Origin: Eledone cirrhosa
Taxonomy: Eukaryota
Assembly (NCBI GenBank): GCA_964016885.1
Contig: OZ024741.1
Coordinates: 259,408,001 to 259,472,000 of the forward strand
Reading direction: 5' to 3'
Length of the DNA stretch: 64,000 nucleotides
Shown here: positions 13,024-25,500 of the stretch, piece by piece
Layout: the number at the start of each line of letters is the position of its first letter
Position numbering within the stretch: the stretch's first letter is position 1
Position numbers and translations under genes: made by a program
Notes under the pieces: model-generated
What the model saw: the letters and a program-made list of their open reading frames with translations, nothing else
The model's database searches: none
What the model was told of the DNA's origin: nothing

Positions 13024-13830
13024 CGTAAGTCGAAACACTCGTAAGCCGAAACACTCGTGAGCCGAAACACTCGTAAGTCGGAACACTCGTAAGTCAGAAC
13101 ACTCGTAAGTCAGAACACTCGTAAGTTAGAACACTCGTAAGTCAGAACACTCGTAAGTCAGAACACTCGTAAGTCGAAACACTCGTATCGAAACACTCGT
13201 ATGTCAAAACACCCGTAAGTCAAAACACTCGTAAGTCGAAACACTCGTAAGTCGAAACACTCGTAAGCCGAAACACTCGTAAGCCGAAACACTCGTAAGT
13301 CGGAACACTCGTAAGTCGGAACACTCGTAAGTCAGAACACTCGTAAGTCAGAACACTCGTAAGTCAGAACACTCGTAAGTCAGAACACTCGTAAGTCGAA
13401 ACACTCGTATCGAAACACTCGTATGTCAAAACACCCGTAAGTCAAAACACTCGTAAGTCGAAACACTCGTAAGTCGAAACACTCGTATGTCGAAACATCC
13501 GTAAATCAGAACACTCGTAAGTCGAAACACTCGTAAGTCGAAACACTCGTAAGCCGAAACACTCGTAAGTCGAAGCACTCGTATCGAAACACTCGTAAGT
13601 CGAAACACCCTTAAGTCAAAACACTCGTAAGCCAAAACACTCGTAAGTCGAAACACTCGTAAGTCGGAACACTCGTAAGTCAGAACACTCGTAAGTCAGA
13701 ACACTCGTAAGTGGAAACACGCGTAAGTCGAAAGACCCGTAAGTCAAAAATCTCGTAAGTCAAAACACTCGTAAGCCGAAACACTCGTAAGTCGAAACAC
13801 TCGTAAGTCGAAACATTCGTAAAGCGAAAC

Positions 13831-13900
13831 GTATAAATAAAGATTAATGTAATGAACTTGAAAAGCATAGATATTTGAAACCGCGTCTATTTGTTATTTT
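13831..13900 (+). repeat. AT-rich interspersed element, allele B1
   Basis: GAACTT and GATATTT. Confidence 0.95.
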
Positions 13901-15011
13901 CGTAAGTCGAAACACTCGTAAGTCAGAACACTCGTAAGTCAGAACACTCGTATCGAAACACGTATGTCAAAACACCCGTAAGTCAAAACACTCGTAAGTC
14001 GAAACACTCGTAAGTCGAAACACTCGTAAGCCGAAACAATCGTAAGTCAAAACACTCGTAAGTCGAAACACTCGTAAGCCGAAAATACTCGTAAGTCGGA
14101 ACACCCGTAAGCCGAAACCCTCGTAGGTCGGAACACTCGTAAGTCGAAACACTCTTAAGTCGAAACACCCGTAAGTCGAAACACTCGTAAGTCGAAACAC
14201 CCGTAAGTCGAAACATCCGTAAGTCAAAACACTCGTATGTCGAAACACTCGTAAGCCGAAACACTCGTAAGTCGGAACACTCGCAAGTCAGAACACTCGT
14301 AAGTCAGAACACTCGTAAGTCGAAACACTCGTAAGTCGAAACACCCGTAAGTCGAAACGCCCGTAAGTCAAAACACTCGTATGTCGAAACACTCGCAAGC
14401 CGAAAAACCGTAAGTCAAAACACTCGTAAGTCGAAACACTCGTAAATCGAAACACTCGTAAGCCGAAACACTCGTAAGCGAAAACATTCGTTAGTCGAAA
14501 CACTCGTAACCCGAAACACTCGTAAGTCGAAACACTCGAAAGCCGAAACACTCATAAGTCGAAACACTCATAAGCCGAAACACTCGTAAGTCGGAACACT
14601 CGTAAGTCAGAACACCCGTAAATCAGAACACTCGTAGTCAGAACACTCGTAAGTCGAAACACTCGTAAGCCGAAACACTCGCAAGTCGAAGCACTCGTTA
14701 TCCGAAACACTCTTAAGTCGAAACACTCGTAAGTCGGAACACTCGTAAGTCAGAACACTCGTAAGTCAGAACACTCGTAAGTCGAAACACTCGTAAGCCG
14801 AAACATCCGTAAGTCAAAACATCCGTAAGTCAAAACATTCGTAAGTCGAAACACCCGTAGTCGAAACACTCGCAAGTCGAAACACTCGTAAGTCGAAACA
14901 CGCGTAAGTCGAAACACATGTAAGTCAAAACACTCGTAAGTCAAAACACTCGTAAGCCGAAACACTCGTAAGTCGAAACACTCGTAAGTCGAAACACTCG
15001 TAAAGCGAAAC

Positions 15012-15081
15012 GTATCAATAAAGATTAATGTAATGAATTTGAAAAGCATAGAGATTTGAAACCGCGTCTATTTGTTATTTT
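15012..15081 (+). repeat. AT-rich interspersed element, allele A1
   Basis: GTATCAAT and GAATTT. Confidence 0.95.
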
Positions 15082-15904
15082 CGTAAGTCGAAACACTCGT
15101 AAGCCGAAACACTCGTGAGCCGAAACACTCGTAAGTCGGAACACTCGTAAGTCAGAACACTCGTAAGTCAGAACACTCGTAAGTTAGAACACTCGTAAGT
15201 CAGAACACTCGTAAGTCAGAACACTCGTAAGTCGAAACACTCGTATCGAAACACTCGTATGTCAAAACACCCGTAAGTCAAAACACTCGTAAGTCGAAAC
15301 ACTCGTAAGTCGAAACACTCGTAAGCCGAAACACTCGAAAGCCGAAACACTCGTAAGTCGGAACACTCGTAAGTCGGAACACTCGTAAGTCAGAACACTC
15401 GTAAGTCAGAACACTCGTAAGTCAGAACACTCGTAAGTCAGAACACTCGTAAGTCGAAACACTCGTATCGAAACACTCGTATGTCAAAACACCCGTAAGT
15501 CAAAACACTCGTAAGTCGAAACACTCGTAAGTCGAAACACTCGTATGTCGAAACATCCGTAAATCAGAACACTCGTAAGTCGAAACACTCGTAAGTCGAA
15601 ACACTCGTAAGCCGAAACACTCGTAAGTCGAAGCACTCGTATCGAAACACTCGTAAGTCGAAACACCCTTAAGTCAAAACACTCGTAAGCCAAAACACTC
15701 GTAAGTCGAAACACTCGTAAGTCGGAACACTCGTAAGTCAGAACACTCGTAAGTCAGAACACTCGTAAGTGGAAACACGCGTAAGTCGAAAGACCCGTAA
15801 GTCAAAAATCTCGTAAGTCAAAACACTCGTAAGCCGAAACACTCGTAAGTCGAAACACTCGTAAGTCGAAACACTCGTAAGTCGAAACATTCGTAAAGCG
15901 AAAC

Positions 15905-15974
15905 GTATAAATAAAGATTAATGTAATGAACTTGAAAAGCATAGATATTTGAAACCGCGTCTATTTGTTATTTT
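15905..15974 (+). repeat. AT-rich interspersed element, allele B1
   Basis: GAACTT and GATATTT. Confidence 0.95.
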
Positions 15975-17495
15975 CGTAAGTCGAAACACTCGTAAGTCAG
16001 AACACTCGTAAGTCAGAACACTCTTAAGTCAGAACACTCGTATCGAAACACGTATGTCAAAACACCCGTAAGTCAAAACACTCGTAAGTCGAAACACTCG
16101 TAAGTCGAAACACTCGTAAGCCGAAACAATCGTAAGTCAAAACACTCGTAAGTCGAAACACTCGTAAGCCGAAAATACTCGTAAGTCGGAACACCCGTAA
16201 GCCGAAACCCTCGTAGGTCGGAACACTCGTAAGTCAAAACACTCGTAAGTCGAAACACCCGTAAGTCGAAACACTCGTAAGTCGAAACACCCGTAAGTCG
16301 AAACATCCGTAAGTCAAAACACTCGTATGTCGAAACACTCGTAAGCCGAAACACTCGTAAGTCAGAACACTCGTAAGTCAGAACACTCGTAAGTCGAAAC
16401 ACTCATAAGTCGAAACACTCGTAAGTCGAAACACCCTTAAGTCGAAACACCCGTAAGTCGAAACACTCGTATGTCGAATAACTCGTAAGCCGAAACACCG
16501 TAAGTCAAAACACTCGTAAGTCGAAACACTCGTAAGTCGAAACACCCATAAGCCGAAACACTCGTAAGCCAAAACATTCGTAAGTCGAAACACTCGTAAA
16601 CCGAAACACTCGTAAGCCAAAACATTCGTAAGTCGAAACACTCGTAAGTCGAAACACCCATAGCCGAAACACTCGTAAGTCTGAACACACGTAAGTCAGA
16701 ACAGCCGTAAGTCAGAACACTCGTAAGTCAGAACACTCGTAAGTCAGAACACTCGTAAGTCAGAGCACTCGTATCGAAACACTCGTATGTCAAAACACCC
16801 GTAAGTCAAAACACTCGTAAGTCGAAACACTCGTAAGCCGAAACACCGTAAGCCAAAACACTCGTAAGTCGAAACACCCGTAAGTCGGAACACTCGTAAG
16901 TCGAAACACTCGTAAGTCGAAACACTCGTAAGCCGAAACACTCGTAAGCCGAAACACTCGTAAGTCGGAACACTCGTAAGTCGGAACACTCGTAAGTCAG
17001 AACACTCGTAAGTCAGAACACTCGTAAGTCAGAACACTCGTAAGTCAGAACACTCGTAAGTCGAAACACTCGTATCGAAACACTCGTATGTCAAAACACC
17101 CGTAAGTCAAAACACTCGTAAGTCGAAACACTCGTAAGTCGAAACACTCGTATGTCGAAACATCCGTAAATCAGAACACTCGTAAGTCGAAACACTCGTA
17201 AGTCGAAACACTCGTAAGCCGAAACACTCGTAAGTCGAAGCACTCGTATCGAAACACTCGTAAGTCGAAACACCCTTAAGTCAAAACACTCGTAAGCCAA
17301 AACACTCGTAAGTCGAAACACTCGTAAGTCGGAACACTCGTAAGTCAGAACACTCGTAAGTCAGAACACTCGTAAGTGGAAACACGCGTAAGTCGAAAGA
17401 CCCGTAAGTCAAAAATCTCGTAAGTCAAAACACTCGTAAGCCGAAACACTCGTAAGTCGAAACACTCGTAAGTCGAAACATTCGTAAAGCGAAAC

Positions 17496-17565
17496 GTATA
17501 AATAAAGATTAATGTAATGAACTTGAAAAGCATAGATATTTGAAACCGCGTCTATTTGTTATTTT
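17496..17565 (+). repeat. AT-rich interspersed element, allele B1
   Basis: GAACTT and GATATTT. Confidence 0.95.
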
Positions 17566-18692
17566 CGTAAGTCGAAACACTCGTAAGTCAGAACACTCGT
17601 AAGTCAGAACACTCTTAAGTTAGAACACTCGTATCGAAACACGTATGTCAAAACACCCGTAAGTCAAAACACTCGTAAGTCGAAACACTCGTAAGTCGAA
17701 ACACTCGTAAGCCGAAACAATCGTAAGTCAAAACACTCGTAAGTCGAAACACTCGTAAGCCGAAAATACTCGTAAGTCGGAACACCCGTAAGCCGAAACC
17801 CTCGTAGGTCGGAACACTCGTAAGTCGAAACACTCGTAAGTCGAAACACCCGTAAGTCGAAACACTCGTAAGTCGAAACACCCGTAAGTCGAAACATCCG
17901 TAAGTCAAAACACTCGTATGTCGAAACACTCGTAAGCCGAAACACTCGTAAGTCGGAACACTCGCAAGTCAGAACACTCGTAAGTCAGAACACTCGTAAG
18001 TCGAAACACTCGTAAGTCGAAACACCCGTAAGTCGAAACGGCCGTAAGTCAAAACACTCGTATGTCGAAACACTCGCAAGCCGAAAAACCGTAAGTCAAA
18101 ACACTCGTAAGTCGAAACACTCGTAAATCGAAACACTCGTAAGCCGAAACACTCGTAAGCGAAAACATTCGTTAGTCGAAACACTCGTATCCCGAAACAC
18201 TCGTAAGTCGAAACACTCGAAAGCCGAAACACTCGTAAGTCGAAACACTCATAAGCCGAAACACTCGTAAGTCGGAACACTCGTAAGTCAGAACACCCGT
18301 AAATCAGAACACTCGTAGTCAGAACACTCGTAAGTCGAAACACTCGTAAGCCGAAACACTCGCAAGTCGAAGCACTCGTAATCCGAAACACTCTTAAGTC
18401 GAAACACTCGTAAGTCGGAACACTCGTAAGTCAGAACACTCGTAAGTCAGAACACTCGTAAGTCGAAACACTCGTAAGCCGAAACATCCGTAAGTCAAAA
18501 CATCCGTAAGTCAAAACATTCGTAAGTCGAAACACCCGTAGTCGAAACACTCGCAAGTCGAAACACTCGTAAGTCGAAACACGCGTAAGTCGAAACACAT
18601 GTAAGTCAAAACACTCGTAAGTCAAAACACTCGTAAGCCGAAACACTCGTAAGTCGAAACACTCGTAAGTCGAAACACTCGTAAAGCGAAAC

Positions 18693-18762
18693 GTATAAAT
18701 AAATATTAATGTAATGAATTTGAAAAGCATAGAGATTTGAAACCGCGTCTATTTGTTATTTT
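18693..18762 (+). repeat. AT-rich interspersed element, allele A2
   Basis: AAATATT and GAATTT. Confidence 0.95.
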
Positions 18763-19569
18763 CGTAAGTCGAAACACTCGTAAGCCGAAACACTCGTGAG
18801 CCGAAACACTCGTAAGTCGGAACACTCGTAAGTCAGAACACTCGTAAGTCAGAACACTCGTAAGTTAGAACACTCGTAAGTCAGAACACTCGTAAGTCAG
18901 AACACTCGTAAGTCGAAACACTCGTATCGAAACACTCGTATGTCAAAACACCCGTAAGTCAAAACACTCGTAAGTCGAAACACTCGTAAGTCGAAACACT
19001 CGTAAGCCGAAACACTCGTAAGCCGAAACACTCGTAAGTCGGAACACTCGTAAGTCGGAACACTCGTAAGTCAGAACACTCGTAAGTCAGAACACTCGTA
19101 AGTCAGAACACTCGTAAGTCAGAACACTCGTAAGTCGAAACACTCGTATCGAAGCACTCGTATGTCAAAACACCCGTAAGTCAAAACACTCGTAAGTCGA
19201 AACACTCGTAAGTCGAAACACTCGTATGTCGAAACATCCGTAAATCAGAACACTCGTAAGTCGAAACACTCGTAAGTCGAAACACTCGTAAGCCGAAACA
19301 CTCGTAAGTCGAAGCACTCGTATCGAAACACTCGTAAGTCGAAACACCCTTAAGTCAAAACACTCGTAAGCCAAAACACTCGTAAGTCGAAACACTCGTA
19401 AGTCGGAACACTCGTAAGTCAGAACACTCGTAAGTCAGAACACTCGTAAGTGGAAACACGCGTAAGTCGAAAGACCCGTAAGTCAAAAATCTCGTAAGTC
19501 AAAACACTCGTAAGCCGAAACACTCGTAAGTCGAAACACTCGTAAGTCGAAACATTCGTAAAGCGAAAC

Positions 19570-19639
19570 GTATAAATAAAGATTAATGTAATGAACTTGA
19601 AAAGCATAGATATTTGAAACCGCGTCTATTTGTTATTTT
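19570..19639 (+). repeat. AT-rich interspersed element, allele B1
   Basis: GAACTT and GATATTT. Confidence 0.95.
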
Positions 19640-20400
19640 CGTAAGTCGAAACACTCGTAAGTCAGAACACTCGTAAGTCAGAACACTCTTAAGTCAGAAC
19701 ACTCGTATCGAAACACTCGTATGTCAAAACACCCGTAAGTCAAAACACTCGTAAGTCGAAACACTCGTAAGTCGAAACACTCGTAAGCCGAAACACTCGT
19801 AAGCCGAAACACTCGTAAGCCGAAACACTCGTAAGTCGGAACACTCGTAAGTCAGAACACTCATAATTCAGAACACTCGTAAGTCAGAACACTCGTAAGT
19901 CGAAACACTCGTAAGCCGAAACACCGTAAGTCGAAACACCCGTATGTCGAAACACTCGTAAGCCGAAACACTCTTAAGTCGAAACACTCATAAGTCGAAA
20001 CATTCGTAAGTCGAAACATCCGTAAATCAGAACACTCTTAAGTCGAAAGACCCGTAAGTCAAAAATCTCGTAAGTCAAAACACTCGTAAGCCGAAACACT
20101 CGTAAGTCGAAACACTCGTAAGTCGAAACACCCGTAAGTCAGAACACTCGTAAGTCAGAACACTCGTAAGTCGAAACACTCGTAAGCCGAAACATCCGTA
20201 AGTCAAAACATCCGTAAGTCAAAACATTCGTAAGTCGAAACACCCGTAGTCGAAACACTCGCAAGTCGAAACACTCGTAAGTCGAAACACGCGTAAGTCG
20301 AAACACATGTAAGTCAAAACACTCGTAAGTCAAAACACTCGTAAGCCGAAACACTCGTAAGTCGAAACACTCGTAAGTCGAAACACTCGTAAAGCGAAAC

Positions 20401-20470
20401 GTATAAATAAATATTAATGTAATGAATTTGAAAAGCATAGAGATTTGAAACCGCGTCTATTTGTTATTTT
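20401..20470 (+). repeat. AT-rich interspersed element, allele A2
   Basis: AAATATT and GAATTT. Confidence 0.95.
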
Positions 20471-21277
20471 CGTAAGTCGAAACACTCGTAAGCCGAAACA
20501 CTCGTGAGCCGAAACACTCGTAAGTCGGAACACTCGTAAGTCAGAACACTCGTAAGTCAGAACACTCGTAAGTTAGAACACTCGTAAGTCAGAACACTCG
20601 TAAGTCAGAACACTCGTAAGTCGAAACACTCGTATCGAAACACTCGTATGTCAAAACACCCGTAAGTCAAAACACTCGTAAGTCGAAACACTCGTAAGTC
20701 GAAACACTCGTAAGCCGAAACACTCGTAAGCCGAAACACTCGTAAGTCGGAACACTCGTAAGTCGGAACACTCGTAAGTCAGAACACTCGTAAGTCAGAA
20801 CACTCGTAAGTCAGAACACTCGTAAGTCAGAACACTCGTAAGTCGAAACACTCGTATCGAAGCACTCGTATGTCAAAACACCCGTAAGTCAAAACACTCG
20901 TAAGTCGAAACACTCGTAAGTCGAAACACTCGTATGTCGAAACATCCGTAAATCAGAACACTCGTAAGTCGAAACACTCGTAAGTCGAAACACTCGTAAG
21001 CCGAAACACTCGTAAGTCGAAGCACTCGTATCGAAACACTCGTAAGTCGAAACACCCTTAAGTCAAAACACTCGTAAGCCAAAACACTCGTAAGTCGAAA
21101 CACTCGTAAGTCGGAACACTCGTAAGTCAGAACACTCGTAAGTCAGAACACTCGTAAGTGGAAACACGCGTAAGTCGAAAGACCCGTAAGTCAAAAATCT
21201 CGTAAGTCAAAACACTCGTAAGCCGAAACACTCGTAAGTCGAAACACTCGTAAGTCGAAACATTCGTAAAGCGAAAC

Positions 21278-21347
21278 GTATAAATAAAGATTAATGTAAT
21301 GAACTTGAAAAGCATAGATATTTGAAACCGCGTCTATTTGTTATTTT
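21278..21347 (+). repeat. AT-rich interspersed element, allele B1
   Basis: GAACTT and GATATTT. Confidence 0.95.
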
Positions 21348-22490
21348 CGTAAGTCGAAACACTCGTAAGTCAGAACACTCGTAAGTCAGAACACTCTTAA
21401 GTCAGAACACTCGTATCGAAACACGTATGTCAAAACACCCGTAAGTCAAAACACTCGTAAGTCGAAACACTCGTAAGTCGAAACACTCGTAAGCCGAAAC
21501 AATCGTAAGTCAAAACACTCGTAAGTCGAAACACTCGTAAGCCGAAAATACTCGTAAGTCGGAACACCCGTAAGCCGAAACCCTCGTAGGTCGGAACACT
21601 CGTAAGTCGAAACACTCGTAAGTCGAAACACCCGTAAGTCGAAACACTCGTAAGTCGAAACACCCGTAAGTCGAAACATCCGTAAGTCAAAACACTCGTA
21701 TGTCGAAACACTCGTAAGCCGAAACACTCGTAAGTCGGAACACTCGCAAGTCAGAACACTCGTAAGTCAGAACACTCGTAAGTCAGAACACTCGTAAGTC
21801 GAAACATTCGTAAGTCGAAACACCCGTAAGTCGAAACGCCCGTAAGTCAAAACACTCGTATGTCAAAACACTCGCAAGCCGAAAAACCGTAAGTCAAAAC
21901 ACTCGTAAGTCGAAACACTCGTAAATCGAAACACTCGTAAGCCGAAACACTCGTAAGCGAAAAAATTCGTTAGTCGAAACACTCGTAACCCGAAACACTC
22001 GTAAGTCGAAACACTCGAAAGCCGAAACACTCGTAAGTCGAAACACTCATAAGCCGAAACACTCGTAAGTCGGAACACTCGTAAGTCAGAACACCCGTAA
22101 ATCAGAACACTCGTAGTCAGAACACTCGTAAGTCGAAACACTCGTAAGCCGAAACACTCGCAAGTCGAAGCACTCGTAATCCGAAACACTCTTAAGTCGA
22201 AACACTCGTAAGTCGGAACACTCGTAAGTCAGAACACTCGTAAGTCAGAACACTCGTAAGTCGAAACACTCGTAAGCCGAAACATCCGTAAGTCAAAACA
22301 TCCGTAAGTCAAAACATTCGTAAGTCGAAACACCCGTAGTCGAAACACTCGCAAGTCGAAACACTCGTAAGTCGAAACACGCGTAAGTCGAAACACATGT
22401 AAGTCAAAACACTCGTAAGTCAAAACACTCGTAAGCCGAAACACTCGTAAGTCGAAACACTCGTAAGTCGAAACACTCGTAAAGCGAAAC

Positions 22491-22560
22491 GTATAAATAA
22501 ATATTAATGTAATGAATTTGAAAAGCATAGAGATTTGAAACCGCGTCTATTTGTTATTTT
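22491..22560 (+). repeat. AT-rich interspersed element, allele A2
   Basis: AAATATT and GAATTT. Confidence 0.95.
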
Positions 22561-25500
22561 CGTAAGTCGAAACACTCGTAAGCCGAAACACTCGTGAGCC
22601 GAAACACTCGTAAGTCGGAACACTCGTAAGTCAGAACACTCGTAAGTCAGAACACTCGTAAGTTAGAACACTCGTAAGTCAGAACACTCGTAAGTCAGAA
22701 CACTCGTAAGTCGAAACACTCGTATCGAAACACTCGTATGTCAAAACACCCGTAAGTCAAAACACTCGTAAGTCGAAACACTCGTAAGTCGAAACACTCG
22801 TAAGCCGAAACACTCGTAAGCCGAAACACTCGTAAGTCGGAACACTCGTAAGTCAGAACACTCATAAGTCAGAACACTCGTAAGTCAGAACACTCGTAAG
22901 TCGAAACACTCGTAAGCCGAAACACCGTAAGTCGAAACACCCGTATGTCGAAACACTCGTAAGCCGAAACACTCTTAAGTCGAAACACTCATAAGCCGAA
23001 ACACTCGTAAGTCGGAACACTCGTAAATCAGAACACCCGCAAGTCAGAACACTCGTAAATCAGAACACTCTTAAGTCGAAACTTACGTACGCCGAAACAA
23101 TCGTAAGTCGAAACACTCGTAAGTCGAAACATCCTTAAGTCGAAACACTCGTACACCGAAACACTCGTAAGTATAAACATTAGTAAGTCGAAACACTCGT
23201 ATGTCGAAACACTCGTAAACCGAAACACTCGTAAGTCGGAACACTCGTAAGTCAGAACACTCGTAAGTCAGAACACTCGTAAGTCGAAACACTCATAAGT
23301 CGAAACACCCGTAAGTCGAAACACTCGTATGTCGAATAACTCGTAAGCCGAAACACCGTAAGTCAAAACACTCGTAAGTAGAAACACTCGTAAGTCGAAA
23401 CACCCATAAGCCGAAACACTCGTAAGCCAAAACATTCGTAAGTCGAAACACTCGTAAACCGAAACACTCGTAAGCCAAAACATTCGTATGTCGAAACACT
23501 CGTAAGTCGAAACACCCATAGCCGAAACACTTGTAAGTCTGAACACACGTAAGTCAGAACACCCGTAAGTCAGAACACTCGTAAGTCAGAACACTCGTAA
23601 GTCAGAACACTCGTAAGTCAGAACACTCGTAAGTCAGAGCACTCGTATCGAAACACTCGTATGTCAAAACACCCGTAAGTCAAAACACTCGTAAGTCGAA
23701 ACACTCGTAAGCCGAAACACCGTAAGCCAAAACACTCGTAAGTCGAAACACCCCTAAGTCGGAACACTCGTAAGTCGAAACACTCGTAAGTCGAAACACT
23801 CGTAAGCCGAAACACTCGTAAGCCGAAACACTCGTAAGTCGGAACACTCGTAAGTCGGAACACTCGTAAGTCAGAACACTCGTAAGTCAGAACACTCGTA
23901 AGTCAGAACACTCGTAAGTCAGAACACTCGTAAGTCGAAACACTCGTATCGAAACACTCGTATGTCAAAACACCCGTAAGTCAAAACACTCGTAAGTCGA
24001 AACACTCGTAAGTCGAAACATTCGTAAGTCGAAACATCCGTAAATCAGAACACTCTTAAGTCGAAACACTCGTAAGTCGAAACACTCGTAAGCCGAAACA
24101 CTCGTAAGTCGAAGCACTCGTATCGAAACACTCGTAAGTCGAAACACCCTTAAGTCAAAACACTCGTAAGCCAAAACACTCGTAAGTCGAAACACTCGTA
24201 AGTCGGAACACTCGTAAGTCAGAACACTCGTAAGTCAGAACACTCGTAAGTGGAAACACGCGTAAGTCGAAACACTCATAAGTCGAAACACTCGTATGTC
24301 GAATAACTCGTAAGCCGAAACACCGTAAGTCAAAACACTCGTAAGTCGAAACACTCGTAAGTCGAAACACCCATAAGCCGAAACACTCGTAAGCCAAAAC
24401 ATTCGTAAGTCGAAACACTCGTAAACCGAAACACTCGTAAGCCAAAACATTCGTATGTCGAAACACTCGTAAGTCGAAACACCCATAGCCGAAACACTCG
24501 TAAGTCTGAACACACGTAAGTCAGAACAGCCGTAAGTCAGAACACTCGTAAGTCAGAACACTCGTAAGTCAGAACACTCGTAAGTCAGAGCACTCGTATC
24601 GAAACACTCGTATGTCAAAACACCCGTAAGTCAAAACACTCGTAAGTCGAAACACTCGTAAGTCGAAACACTCGTATGTCGAAACATCCGTAAATCAGAA
24701 CACTCGTAAGTCGAAACACTCGTAAGTCGAAACACTCGTAAGCCGAAACACTCGTAAGTCGAAGCACTCGTATCGAAACACTCGTAAGTCGAAACACCCT
24801 TAAGTCAAAACACTCGTAAGCCAAAACACTCGTAAGTCGAAACACTCGTAAGTCGGAACACTCGTAAGTCAGAACACTCGTAAGTCAGAACACTCGTAAG
24901 TGGAAACACGCGTAAGTCGAAAGACCCGTAAGTCAAAAATCTCGTAAGTCAAAACACTCGTAAGCCGAAACACTCGTAAGTCGAAACACTCGTAAGTCGA
25001 AACACCCGTAAGTCGGAACACTCGTAAGTCAGAATACTCGTAAGTCAAAACACTCGTAAACCGGAACACCCGTAAGGCAAAACATTCGCATGTCAAAACA
25101 CTCGTAAGTCGAAACACTCGTAAGCCGAAACACTCGTAAGTCGAAACACTCGTAAGTCGAAACACTCGTAAGTCGAAACACTCGTAAGTCAGTGCACCCG
25201 TAAGTCAGAACACTCGTAGTCAGAATACTCGTAAGTCGAAACACTCGTATGTCGAAACACCCGTAAGTCGAAACATCCGTAAGTCAAAACACTCGTATGT
25301 CGAAACACTCGTAAGCCGAAACACTCATAAGTCGAAACACTCGTAAGCCGAAACACCCGTAAGTCAAAACATTCGTAAGTCAAAACACTCGTAAGTCGAA
25401 ACACCCGTAAGTCAAAACACTCGTATGTCGAAACACTCGTAAGCCGAAACAACGTAAGTAAAAACACTCGTAAGTCGAAACACCCATAAGTCGAAACACT

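Larger units (their letters stand above)
325..13940 (+). repeat. Higher-order duplication, offset 7996 bp (~325-5950 repeated at ~8320-13940)
   Basis: Six consecutive AT-rich elements and matching ORF-track entries recur at exactly +7996 (628/8624, 1314/9310, 2207/10203, 3798/11794, 4995/12991, 5872/13868). Confidence 0.92.
9070..19680 (+). repeat. Higher-order duplication, offset 5739 bp (~9070-13940 repeated at ~14810-19680)
   Basis: Landmarks 9310/15049, 10203/15942, 11794/17533, 12991/18730 and 13868/19607 all differ by 5739. Confidence 0.92.
18430..21410 (+). repeat. Higher-order duplication, offset 1708 bp
   Basis: 18431/20139, 18730/20438, 19165/20873 and 19607/21315 all differ by 1708. 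Confidence 0.88.
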
